Notes under the pieces: model-generated
Database searches by the model: none
What the model saw: only the letters and a program-made list of their open reading frames with translations
What the model was told of the DNA's origin: nothing
Part shown: one piece after another, positions 10,201 through 22,200 of the stretch
How the letters are laid out: every line of letters starts with the position of its first letter
Position numbering within the stretch: position 1 is the stretch's first letter
Source of the DNA: Eledone cirrhosa
Taxonomy: Eukaryota
DNA: 64,000 nucleotides
Assembly (NCBI GenBank): GCA_964016885.1
Contig: OZ024743.1
Location: 134,602,001 to 134,666,000, forward strand
Direction of reading: 5' to 3'
Translations under genes and position numbers: made by a program

Positions 10201-13200
10201 CTTGGTGTTTGGTGCTTGGGGCTTGGTGATTGGTGTTTGGTGCTTGGTGTTTGGTGCTTGGTGCTTGGTGCTAGGTGTTTGGTGTTTGGTGCTTGGCGCT
10301 TGGTGCTTGGTGTTTGGTGATTGGTGCTTGGTGTTTGGTGTTTGGTGCTTGGTGCTTGGTGTTTGGTGTTTGGTGCTTGGCGCTTGGTGTTTGGTGTTTG
10401 GTGCCTGGCGTTTGCTGTTTGGCGTTTGGAGTTTGGCATTTGCTGTTTGGCGTATGGGGTTTGGCGTTTGCTTTTTGGCGTTTGCTGTTTGGTGTTTGGT
10501 GCTTGGTGTTTGGTGTTTGGTGCTTGGTGCTTGGTGTTTGGTGTTTAGTGCTTGGTGCTTGGTTCTTGGTGTTTGGTGCTCGGTGCTTGGTGCTTGGTGT
10601 TTGGTGTTTGGTGCTTGGTGCTTGGTGTTTGGTATTTAGTGCTTGGTGCTTGGTTCTTGGTGTTTGGTGTTCGGTGCTTGGCGTTTGCTGTTTGGCGTTT
10701 GGGGTTTGGCATTTGCTGTTTGGCGTATGGGGTTTGGCGTTTGCTTTTTGGCGTTTGCTGTTTGGTGTTTGGTACTTGGTGTTTGGTGTTTGGTACTTGG
10801 TGCTTGGTGTTTGGTGTTTGGTGCTTGGTGCTTGGTGTTTGGTGTTTGGTGCTTGGCGCTTGGTGTTTGGTGTTTGGTGCTTGGGGCTTGGTGATTGGTG
10901 TTTGGTACTTGGTGTTTGGTGCTTGGTGCTTGGTGCTAGGTGTTTGGTGTTTGGTGCTTGGCGCTTGGTGCTTGGTGTTTGGTGATTGGTGCTTGGTGTT
11001 TGGTGTTTGGTGCTTGGTGCTTGGTGTTTGGTGTTTGGTGCTTGGCGCTAGGTGTTTGGTGTTTGGTGCTTGGCGTTTGCTGTTTGGCGTTTGAGGTTTG
11101 GCATTTGCTGTTTGGCGTATGGGGTTTGGCGTTTGCTTTTTGGCGTTTGCTGTTTGGTGTTTGGTGCTTGGTGCTTGGTGCTTGGTGTTTGGTGTTTGGT
11201 GCTTGGCACTTGGTGTTTGGCGTTTGGCGCTTGGCGTTTGCTGTTTGGCGTTTGGGGTTTGGCATTTGCTGTTTGGCGTTTGGGGTTTGGCGTTTGCTTT
11301 TTGGCATTTGCTGTTTGGTGTTTGGTGTTTGGTGTTTGCTGTTTGGTGTTTGCTGTTTGGTGTTTGCTGTTTGGTGTTTGGTGTTTGGTGTTTGCTGGTT
11401 GGTGTTTGGTGTTTGGTGTTTGCTGTTTGGTGTTTGCTGTTTGGTGCTTGGTGCTTGGTGTTTGGTGCATGGTGCTTGGTGCTTCGTGCTTGGTGTTTGG
11501 TGCTTGGTGCTTGGTGTTTGGTGCTTGGGGCTTGGTGCTTGGTGTTTGGTGTTTGGTGTTTGGTGCTTGGTGCTTGGTGTTTGGTGTTTGGTGCTTGGTG
11601 TTTGCTGTTTGGTGCTTGGTGCTTGGTGTTTGGTGCTTGGTGCTTGGTGCTTGGTGCTTGGTGCTTGGTGTTTGGTGCTTGGTGCTTGGTGCTTGGTGCT
11701 TGGTGCTTGGTGTTTGGTGTTTAGTGCTTGGTGCTTGGTGTTTGGTGTTTGGTGCATGGTGCTTGGTGTCTGGTGCTTGGCGCTTGGTGCTTGGTGTTTG
11801 GTGATTGGTGCTTGGTGTTTGGTGTTTGGTGCTTGGTGCTTGGTGTTTGGTGTTTGGTGCTTGGCGCTTGGTGTTTGGTGTTTGGTGCTTGGCGTTTGCT
11901 GTTTGGCGTTTGGGGTTTGGCATTTGCTGTTTGGCGTATGGGGTTTGGCGTTTGCTTTTTGGCGTTTGCTGTTTGGTGTATGGTGTTTGGTGCTTGGTGC
12001 TTGGTGCTTGGTGCTTGGTGTTTGGTGTTTGGTGCTTGGTGCTTGGTGTTTGGTGTTTGGTGCTTGGTGCTTGGTGCTTGGTGTTTGGTGCTTGGCGCTT
12101 GGTGTTTGGCGTTTGGCGCTTGGCGTTTGCTGTTTGGCGTTTGGGGTTTGGCATTTACTGTTTGGCGTTTGGGGTTTGGCGTTTGCTTTTTGGCATTTGC
12201 TGTTTGGCGTATGGGGTTTGGCGTTTGCTTTTTGGCGTTTGCTGTTTGGTGTTTGGTGCTTGGTGCTTGGTGCTTGGTGCTTGGTGCTTGGTGTTTGTTG
12301 TTTAGTGCTTGGTGCTTGGTTCTTGGTGTTTGGTGCTCGGTGCTTGGTGCTTGGTGTTTGGTGCTTGGTGCTTGGTTCTGGGTGCTTGGTCCTTGGTGTT
12401 TGGTGTTTGGTACTTGGTGCTTGGTGTTTGGTGTTTGGTGCTTGGTGCTTGGTGTTTGGTGTTTGGTGCTTGGCGCTTGGTGTTTGGCGTTTGGCGCTTG
12501 GCGTTTGCTGTTTGGCGTTTGGGGTTTGGCATTTACTGTTTGGCGTTTGGGGTTTGGCGTTTGCTTTTTGGCATTTGCTGTTTGGTGTTTGGTGTTTGGT
12601 GTTTGCTGTTTGGTGTTTGCTGTTTGGTGTTTGCTGTTTGGTGTTTGGTGTTTGGTGTTTGCTGGTTGGTGTTTGGTGTTTGGTGTTTGCTGTTTCGTGT
12701 TTGCTGTTTGGTGCTTGGTGCTTGGTGCTTGGTGCTTGGTGTTTGGTGTTTAGTGCTTGGTGCTTGGTGTTTGGTGTTTGGTGCTTGGTGCTTGCTGTTT
12801 GGTGCTTGGGGCTTGGTGCTTGGTGTTTGGTGTTTGGTGCTTGGTGCTTGGTGTTTGGTGTTTGGTGCTTGGTGCTTGGTGTTTGGTGATTGGTGCTTGG
12901 TACTTGGTGTTTGGTGCTCGGTGCTTGGTGCTTGGTGTTTCGTGCTTGGTGCTTGGTGTTTGGTCTTTGGCGCTTGGTGCTTGGTGTTTGGTGCTTGGTA
13001 CTTGGTGTTTGGTGTTTGGCGTTTGGTGTTTGGTGCTTGGTGCTTGCTGCTTGGTTTTTGGAGTTTGGTGCTTGGTGCTTGGTGTTTGGTGTTTGGTAAT
13101 TGGTGCTTGGTGTTTGGTGCTTGGGATTTGGTGCTTGGTGCTTGGTGTTTGGTGTTTGGAGTTTGGTACTTGGTGCTTGGTGTTTGGTGTTTGGTGCTTG

Positions 13201-16200
13201 GTGCTTGGTGTTTGGTGTTTAGTGCTTGGTGCTTGGTTCTTGGTGTTTGGTGCTCGGTACTTGGTGCTTGGTGTTTGGTGCTTGGTGCTCGGTTCTGGGT
13301 GCTTGGTGCTTGGTGTTTGGTGTTTGGTGCTTGGTGCTTGGTGTTTGGTGCTTGGGGCTTGGTGATTGGTGTTTGGTGCTTGGTGTTTGGTGCTTGGTGC
13401 TTGGTGCTAGGTGTTTGGTGTTTGGTGCTTGGCGCTTGGTGCTTGGTGTTTGGTGATTGGTGCTTGGTGTTTGGTGTTTGGTGCTTGGTGCTTGGTGTTT
13501 GGTGTTTGGTGCTTGGCGCTTGGTGTTTGGTGTTTGGTGCTTGGCGTTTGCTGTTTGGCGTTTGGGGTTTGGCATTTGCTGTTTGGCGTATGGGGTTTGG
13601 CGTTTGCTTTTTGGCGTTTGCTGTTTGGTGTATGGTGTTTGGTGCTTGGTGCTTGGTGCTTAGTGCTTGGTGTTTGGTGTTTGGTGCTTGGTGCTTGGTG
13701 TTTGGTGTTTGGTGCTTGGTGCTTGGTGTTTGGTGCTTGGGGCTTGGTGATTGGTGTTTGGTGCTTGGTGCTTGGTGCTTGGTGCTTGGTGCTTGGTGTT
13801 CGGTGCTTGGTGCTTGGTGCTAGGTGTTTGGTGTTTGGTGTTTGGCGCTTGGTGCTTGGTGTTTGGTGATTGGTGCTTGGTGTTTGGTGTTTGGTGCTTG
13901 GTGCTTGGTGCTTGGTGTTTGCTGTTTGGTGCTTGGAGCTTGGTGTTTGGTGTTTGGTGCTTGGTGCTTTGTTCTGGGTGCTTGGTGCTTGGTGTTTGGT
14001 GTTTGGTGCTGGGTGCTTGGTGTTTGGTGCTTGGGGCTTGGTGATTGGTGTTTGGTGCTTGGTGCTTGGTGCTTGGTGCTTGGTGTTTGGTGCTTGGTGT
14101 TTGGTGCTTGGTGCTTGGTGATAGGTGTTTGGTGTTTGGTGTTTGGCGCTTGGTGTTTGGTGTTTGGTGATTGGTGCTTGGTGTTTGGTGTTTGGTGCTT
14201 GGTGCTTGGTGTTTGGTGTTTGGTGCTTGGCGCTTGGTGTTTGGTGTTTGGTGCTTGGCGTTTGCCGTTTGGCATTTGGGGTTTGGCATTTGCTGTTTGT
14301 CGTATGGGGTTTGGCGTTTGCTTTTTTGCGTTTGCTGTTTGGTGTTTGGTGCTTGGTGTTTGGTGTTTGGTACTTGGTGCTTGGTGTTTGGTGTCTGGTG
14401 CTTGGTGCTTGGTGTTTGGTGTTTGGTGCTTGGCGCTTGGTGTTTGGTGTTTTGTGCTTGGCGTTTGCTGTTTGGCGTTTGGGTTTGGCATTTGCTGTTT
14501 GGCGTTTGGAGTTTGGCGTTTGCTTTTTGGCGTTTGCTGTTTGGTGTTTGCTGTTTGGTGTTTGCTGTTTGGTGTTTGCTGTTTGGTGTTTGCTGTTTGG
14601 TGTTTGCTGTTTGGTGCTTGGTGCTTGGTGTTTGGTGCATGGTGCTTGGTGCTTGGTGCTTGGTGTTTCGTGCTTGGTGCTTGGTGTTTCGTGCTTGGGG
14701 CTTGGTGCTTGGTGTTTGGTGCTTGGTGTTTGGTGTTTGTTGCTTGGTGCGTGGTGTTTGGTGTTTGGTGCTTGGTGTTTGCTGTTTGGTGCTTGGTGCT
14801 TGGTGTTTGGTGCTTGGTGCTTGGTGCTTGGTGCTTGGTGCTTGGTGTTTGGTGCTTGGTGGTTGGTGCTTGGTGTTTGGTGCTTGGTGCTTGGTGTTTG
14901 GTGTTTGGCGCTTGGTGCTTGGTGTTTGGTGCTTGGTGCTTGGTGTTTGGTGTTTGGTGCTTGGTGTTTGGTGCTTGGAGCTTGGTGCTTGGTTTTTGGT
15001 GCTTGGTGCTTGGTGCTTGGTGCTTGGTGTCTTGTGCTTGGTGCTTGGTGTTTGGTGTTTGGTGTTTGGTGTTTGGTGCTTGGTACTTGTTGTTTTGTGT
15101 TTGGTGTTTGGTGCTTGGTGGTTGGTGTTTGGTGCTTGGTGCTTGATGCTTGGTGCTTGGTGCTTGGTGTTTGGTGTTTGGTGCTTGGTGCTTGGTGTTT
15201 GGTGATTGGTGCTTGGTACTTGGTGTTTGGTGCTCGGTGCTTGGTGCTTGGTGTTTCGTGCTTGGTGCTTGGTGTTTGGTCTTTGGCGCTTGGTGCTTGG
15301 TGTTTGGTGCTTGGTGTTTGGTGCTTGGTTTTTGGAGTTTGGTGCTTGGTGCTTGGTGTTTGGTGTTTGGTGATTGGTGCTTGGTGTTTGGTGCTTGGGA
15401 TTTGGTGCTTGGTGCTTGGTGTTTGGTGTTTGGAGTTTTGTACTTGGTGCTTGGTGTTTGGTGTTTGGTGCTTGGTGCTTGGTGTTTGGTGTTTAGTGCT
15501 TGGTGCTTGGTTCTTGGTGTTTGGTGCTCGGTGCTTGGTGCTTGGTGTTTGGTGCTTGGTCCTTGGTGCTTGGTGCTTGGTGTTTGGTGTTTGGTGCTTG
15601 GTGCTTGGTGTTTGGTGCTTGGGGCTTGGTGATTGGTGTTTGGTGCTTGGTGTTTGGTGCTTGGTGCTTGGTGCTAGGTGTTTGGTGTTTGGTGCTTGGC
15701 GCTTGGTGCTTGGTGTTTGGTGATTGGTGCTTGGTGTTTGGTGTTTGGTGCTTGGTGCTTGGTGTTTGGTGTTTGGTGCTTGGCGCTTGGTGTTTGGTGT
15801 TTGGTGCCTGGCGTTTGCTGTTTGGCGTTTGGAGTTTGGCATTTGCTGTTTGGCGTATGGGGTTTGGCGTTTGCTTTTTGGCGTTTGCTGTTTGGTGTTT
15901 GGTGCTTGGTGTTTGGTGTTTGGTGCTTGGTGCTTGGTGTTTGGTGTTTAGTGCTTGGTGCTTGGTTCTTGGTGTTTGGTGCTCGGTGCTTGGTGCTTGG
16001 TGTTTGGTGTTTGGTGCTTGGTGCTTGGTGTTTGGTATTTAGTGCTTGGTGCTTGGTTCTTGGTGTTTGGTGTTCGGTGCTTGGCGTTTGCTGTTTGGCG
16101 TTTGGGGTTTGGCATTTGCTGTTTGGCGTATGGGGTTTGGCGTTTGCTTTTTGGCGTTTGCTGTTTGGTGTTTGGTACTTGGTGTTTGGTGTTTGGTACT

Positions 16201-17881
16201 TGGTGCTTGGTGTTTGGTGTTTGGTGCTTGGTGCTTGGTGTTTGGTGTTTGGTGCTTGGCGCTTGGTGTTTGGCGTTTGGCGCTTGGCGTTTGCTGTTTG
16301 GCGTTTGGGGTTTGGCATTTACTCTTTGGCGTTTGGGGTTTGGCGTTTGCTTTTTGGCATTTGCTGTTTGGTGTTTGGTGTTTGGTGTTTGGTGTTTGGT
16401 GCTTGGTGCTTGGTGTTTGGTGTTTAGAGCTTGGTGCTTGGTTCTTGGTGTTTGGTGCTCGGTGCTTGGTGCTTGGTGTTTGGTGCTTGGTGCTTGGTTC
16501 TGGGTGCTTGGTGCTTGGTGTTTGGTGTTTGGTGCTTGGCGCTTGGTGTTTGGTGCTTGGGGCTTGGTGATTGGTGTTTGGTACTTGGTGTTTGGTGCTT
16601 GGTGCTTGGTGCTAGGTGTTTGGTGTTTGGTGCTTGGCGCTTGGTGCTTGGTGTTTGGTGATTGGTGCTTGGTGTTTGGTGTTTGGTGCTTGGTGCTTGG
16701 TGTTTGGTGTTTGGTGCTTGGCGCTAGGTGTTTGGTGTTTGGTGCTTGGCGTTTGCTGTTTGGCGTTTGAGGTTTGGCATTTGCTGTTTGGCGTATGGGG
16801 TTTGGCGTTTGCTTTTTGGCGTTTGCTGTTTGGTGTTTGGTGCTTGGTGCTTGGTGCTTGGTGTTTGGTGTTTGGTGCTTGGCACTTGGTGTTTGGCGTT
16901 TGGCGCTTGGCGTTTGCTGTTTGGCGTTTGGGGTTTGGCATTTGCTGTTTGGCGTTTGGGGTTTGGCGTTTGCTTTTTGGCATTTGCTGTTTGGTGTTTG
17001 GTGTTTGGTGTTTGCTGTTTGGTGTTTGCTGTTTGGTGTTTGCTGTTTGGTGTTTGGTGTTTGGTGTTTGCTGGTTGGTGTTTGGTGTTTGGTGTTTGCT
17101 GTTTGGTGTTTGCTGTTTGGTGCTTGGTGCTTGGTGTTTGGTGCATGGTGCTTGGTGCTTCGTGCTTGGTGTTTGGTGCTTGGTGCTTGGTGTTTGGTGC
17201 TTGGGGCTTGGTGCTTGGTGTTTGGTGTTTGGTGTTTGGTGCTTGGTGCTTGGTGTTTGGTGTTTGGTGCTTGGTGTTTGCTGTTTGGTGCTTGGTGCTT
17301 GGTGTTTGGTGCTTGGTGCTTGGTGCTTGGTGCTTGGTGCTTGGTGTTTGGTGCTTGGTGCTTGGTGCTTGGTGCTTGGTGCTTGGTGTTTGGTGTTTAG
17401 TGCTTGGTGCTTGGTGTTTGGTGTTTGGTGCATGGTGCTTGGTGTCTGGTGCTTGGCGCTTGGTGCTTGGTGTTTGGTGATTGGTGCTTGGTGTTTGGTG
17501 TTTGGTGCTTGGTGCTTGGTGTTTGGTGTTTGGTGCTTGGCGCTTGGTGTTTGGTGTTTGGTGCTTGGCGTTTGCTGTTTGGCGTTTGGGGTTTGGCATT
17601 TGCTGTTTGGCGTATGGGGTTTGGCGTTTGCTTTTTGGCGTTTGCTGTTTGGTGTATGGTGTTTGGTGCTTGGTGCTTGGTGCTTGGTGCTTGGTGTTTG
17701 GTGTTTGGTGCTTGGTGCTTGGTGTTTGGTGTTTGGTGCTTGGTGCTTGGTGCTTGGTGTTTGGTGCTTGGCGCTTGGTGTTTGGCGTTTGGCGCTTGGC
17801 GTTTGCTGTTTGGCGTTTGGGGTTTGGCATTTACTGTTTGGCGTTTGGGGTTTGGCGTTTGCTTTTTGGCATTTGCTGTTT
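1225..17881 (+). repeat. Higher-order repeat HOR-A: three near-identical tandem copies (~1225-6900, 6901-12303, 12304-~17881), period 5,676 bp (811 units incl. one 6-bp unit); copy 2 is 5,403 bp
   Basis: Rare variants recur at fixed offsets: AGTGCTT at 1225/6901/12304 and the 6-bp unit GGGTTT at 3402/9078/14481. Near-identical 811-aa pseudo-ORFs start at 2328/8004/13407 and 273-aa ones at 5533/10936/16612. Confidence 0.93.
3457..3533 (+). repeat. 14-bp alternating sub-array (GCTGTTT GGTGTTT)n, representative copy; similar tracts follow many cassette copies
   Basis: Strict alternation of GCTGTTT and GGTGTTT over 11 units. The same tract is seen at the equivalent HOR positions (~9133, ~14536, ~20079, ~26139, ~43668, ~47605). 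Confidence 0.88.
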
Positions 17882-19281
17882 GGTGTTTGGTGTTTGGTGT
17901 TTGGTGTTTGGTGCTTGGTGCTTGGTGTTTGGTGTTTAGAGCTTGGTGCTTGGTTCTTGGTGTTTGGTGCTCGGTGCTTGGTGCTTGGTGTTTGGTGCTT
18001 GGTGCTTGGTTCTGGGTGCTTGGTGCTTGGTGTTTGGTGTTTGGTGCTTGGCGCTTGGTGTTTGGTGCTTGGGGCTTGGTGATTGGTGTTTGGTACTTGG
18101 TGTTTGGTGCTTGGTGCTTGGTGCTAGGTGTTTGGTGTTTGGTGCTTGGCGCTTGGTGCTTGGTGTTTGGTGATTGGTGCTTGGTGTTTGGTGTTTGGTG
18201 CTTGGTGCTTGGTGTTTGGTGTTTGGTGCTTGGCGCTAGGTGTTTGGTGTTTGGTGCTTGGCGTTTGCTGTTTGGCGTTTGAGGTTTGGCATTTGCTGTT
18301 TGGCGTATGGGGTTTGGCGTTTGCTTTTTGGCGTTTGCTGTTTGGTGTTTGGTGCTTGGTGCTTGGTGCTTGGTGTTTGGTGTTTGGTGCTTGGCACTTG
18401 GTGTTTGGCGTTTGGCGCTTGGCGTTTGCTGTTTGGCGTTTGGGGTTTGGCATTTGCTGTTTGGCGTTTGGGGTTTGGCGTTTGCTTTTTGGCATTTGCT
18501 GTTTGGTGTTTGGTGTTTGGTGTTTGCTGTTTGGTGTTTGCTGTTTGGTGTTTGCTGTTTGGTGTTTGGTGTTTGGTGTTTGCTGGTTGGTGTTTGGTGT
18601 TTGGTGTTTGCTGTTTGGTGTTTGCTGTTTGGTGCTTGGTGCTTGGTGTTTGGTGCATGGTGCTTGGTGCTTCGTGCTTGGTGTTTGGTGCTTGGTGCTT
18701 GGTGTTTGGTGCTTGGGGCTTGGTGCTTGGTGTTTGGTGTTTGGTGTTTGGTGCTTGGTGCTTGGTGTTTGGTGTTTGGTGCTTGGTGTTTGCTGTTTGG
18801 TGCTTGGTGCTTGGTGTTTGGTGCTTGGTGCTTGGTGCTTGGTGCTTGGTGCTTGGTGTTTGGTGCTTGGTGCTTGGTGCTTGGTGCTTGGTGCTTGGTG
18901 TTTGGTGTTTAGTGCTTGGTGCTTGGTGTTTGGTGTTTGGTGCATGGTGCTTGGTGTCTGGTGCTTGGCGCTTGGTGCTTGGTGTTTGGTGATTGGTGCT
19001 TGGTGTTTGGTGTTTGGTGCTTGGTGCTTGGTGTTTGGTGTTTGGTGCTTGGCGCTTGGTGTTTGGTGTTTGGTGCTTGGCGTTTGCTGTTTGGCATTTG
19101 GGGTTTGGCATTTGCTGTTTGGCGTATGGGGTTTGGCGTTTGCTTTTTGGCGTTTGCTGTTTGGTGTATGGTGTTTGGTGCTTGGTGCTTGGTGCTTGGT
19201 GCTTGGTGTTTGGTGTTTGGTGCTTGGTGCTTGGTGTTTGGTGTTTGGTGCTTGGTGCTTGGTGCTTGGTGTTTGGTGCTT
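16258..19281 (+). repeat. 1,512-bp (216-unit) tandem duplication, copies 16258-17769 and 17770-19281
   Basis: AGAGCTT at 16426/17938. Identical 273-aa pseudo-ORFs at 16612/18124 and 250-aa ones at 16728/18240. The match ends at 17770 GGCGCTT vs 19282 GGGGCTT. Confidence 0.88.
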
Positions 19282-22200
19282 GGGGCTTGGTGATTGGTGT
19301 TTGGTGCTTGGTGCTTGGTGCTTGGTGCTTGGTGCTTTGTGTTCGGTGCTTGGTGCTTGGTGCTAGGTGTTTGGTGTTTGGTGTTTGGCGCTTGGTGCTT
19401 GGTGTTTGGTGATTGGTGCTTGGTGTTTGGTGTTTGGTGCTTGGTACTTGGTGCTTGGTGTTTGGTGTTTGGTGCTTGGAGCTTGGTGTTTGGTGTTTGG
19501 TGCTTGGTGCTTTGTTCTGGGTGCTTGGTGCTTGGTGTTTGGTGTTTGGTGCTGGGTGCTTGGTGTTTGGTGCTTGGGGCTTGGTGATTGGTGTTTGGTG
19601 CTTGGTGCTTGGTGCTTGGTGCTTGGTGTTTGGTGCTTGGTGTTTGGTGCTTGGTGCTTGGTGATAGGTGTTTGGTGTTTGGTGTTTGGCGCTTGGTGTT
19701 TGGTGTTTGGTGATCGGTGCTTGGTGTTTGGTGTTTGGTGCTTGGTGCTTGGTGTTTGGTGTTTGGTGCTTGGCGCTTGGTGTTTGGTGTTTGGTGCTTG
19801 GCGTTTGCCGTTTGGCATTTGGGGTTTGGCATTTGCTGTTTGGCGTATGGGGTTTGGCGTTTGCTTTTTTGCGTTTGCTGTTTGGTGTTTGGTGCTTGGT
19901 GTTTGGTGTTTGGTACTTGGTGCTTGGTGTTTGGTGTTTGGTGCTTGGTGCTTGGTGTTTGGTGTTTGGTGCTTGGCGCTTGGTGTTTGGTGTTTTGTGC
20001 TTGGCGTTTGCTGTTTGGCGTTTGGGTTTGGCATTTGCTGTTTGGCGTTTGGAGTTTGGCGTTTGCTTTTTGGCGTTTGCTGTTTGGTGTTTGCTGTTTG
20101 GTGTTTGCTGTTTGGTGTTTGCTGTTTGGTGTTTGCTGTTTGGTGTTTGCTGTTTGGTGCTTGGTGCTTGGTGTTTGGTGCATGGTGCTTGGTGCTTGGT
20201 GCTTGGTGTTTCGTGCTTGGTGCTTGGTGTTTCGTGCTTGGGGCTTGGTGCTTGGTGTTTGGTGCTTGGTGTTTGGTGTTTGTTGCTTGGTGCTTGGTGT
20301 TTGGTGTTTGGTGCTTGGTGTTTGCTGTTTGGTGCTTGGTGCTTGGTGTTTGGTGCTTGGTGCTTGGTGCTTGGTGCTTGGTGCTTGGTGTTTGGTGCTT
20401 GGTGTTTGGTGCTTGGTGTTTGGTGCTTGGTGCTTGGTGTTTGGTGTTTGGCGCTTGGTGCTTGGTGTTTGGTGCTTGGTGCTTGGTGTTTGGTGTTTGG
20501 TGCTTGGTGTTTGGTGCTTGGAGCTTGGTGCTTGGTTTTTGGTGCTTGGTGCTTGGTGCTTGGTGCTTGGTGTCTTGTGCTTGGTGCTTGGTGTTTGGTG
20601 TTTGGTGTTTGGTGTTTGGTGCTTGGTACTTGTTGTTTTGTGTTTGGTCTTTGGTGCTTGGTGGTTGGTGTTTGGTGCTTGGTGCTTGATGCTTGGTGCT
20701 TGGTGCTTGGTGTTTGGTGTTTGGTGCTTGGTGCTTGGTGTTTGGTGATTGGTGCTTGGTACTTGGTGTTTGGTGCTCGGTGCTTGGTGCTTGGTGTTTC
20801 GTGCTTGGTGCTTGGTGTTTGGTCTTTGGCGCTTGGTGCTTGGTGTTTGGTGCTTGGTACTTGGTGTTTGGTGTTTGGCGTTTGGTGTTTGGTGCTTGGT
20901 GCTTGGTGCTTGGTTTTTGGAGTTTGGTGCTTGGTGCTTGGTGTTTGGTGTTTGGTGATTGGTGCTTGGTGTTTGGTGCTTGGGATTTGGTGCTTGGTGC
21001 TTGGTGTTTGGTGTTTGGAGTTTTGTACTTGGTGCTTGGTGTTTGGTGTTTGGTGCTTGGTGCTTGGTGTTTGGTGTTTAGTGCTTGGTGCTTGGTGTTT
21101 GGTGTTTGGTGCTTGGCGCTTGGTGTTTGGTGTTTGGTGCTTGGCGTTTGCTGTTTGGCGTTTGGGGTTTGGCATTTGCTGTTTGGCGTATGGGGTTTGG
21201 CGTTTGCTTTTTGGCGTTTGCTGTTTGGTGTATGGTGTTTGGTGCTTGGTGCTTGGTGCTTGGTGCTTGGTTTTTGGTGTTTGGTGCTTGGTGCTTGGTG
21301 TTTGGTGTTTGGTGCTTGGTGCTTGGTGTTTGGTGCTTGGGGCTTGGTGATTGGTGTTTGGTGCTTGGTGCTTGGTGCTTGGTGCTTGGTGCTTGGTGTT
21401 CGGTGCTTGGTGCTTGGTGCTAGGTGTTTGGTGTTTGGTGTTTGGCGCTTGGTGCTTGGTGTTTGGTGATTGGTGCTTGGTGTTTGGTGTTTGGTGCTTG
21501 GTGCTTGGTGCTTGGTGTTTGGTGTTTGGTGCTTGGAGCTTGGTGTTTGGTGTTTGGTGCTTGGTGCTTTGTTCTGGGTGCTTGGTGCTTGGTGTTTGGT
21601 GTTTGGTGCTGGGTGCTTGGTGTTTGGTGCTTGGGGCTTGGTGATTGGTGTTTGGTGCTTGGTGCTTGGTGCTTGGTGCTTGGTGTTTGGTGCTTGGTGT
21701 TTGGTGCTTGGTGCTTGGTGATAGGTGTTTGGTGTTTGGTGTTTGGCGCTTGGTGTTTGGTGTTTGGTGATTGGTGCTTGGTGTTTGGTGTTTGGTGCTT
21801 GGTGCTTGGTGTTTGGTGTTTGGTGCTTGGCGCTTGGTGTTTGGCGTTTGGTGCTTGGCGTTTGCCGTTTGGCATTTGGGGTTTGGCATTTGCTGTTTGG
21901 CGTATGGGGTTTGGCGTTTGCTTTTTTGCGTTTGCTGTTTGGTGTTTGGTGCTTGGTGTTTGGTGTTTGGTACTTGGTGCTTGGTGTTTGGTGTCTGGTG
22001 CTTGGTGCTTGGTGTTTGGTGTTTGGTGCTTGGCGCTTGGTGTTTGGTGTTTTGTGCTTGGCGTTTGCTGTTTGGCGTTTGTGTTTGGCATTTGCTGTTT
22101 GGCGTTTGGAGTTTGGCGTTTGCTTTTTGGCGTTTGCTGTTTGGTGTTTGCTGTTTGGTGTTAGCTGTTTGGTGTTTGCTGTTTGGTGTTTGCTGTTTGG

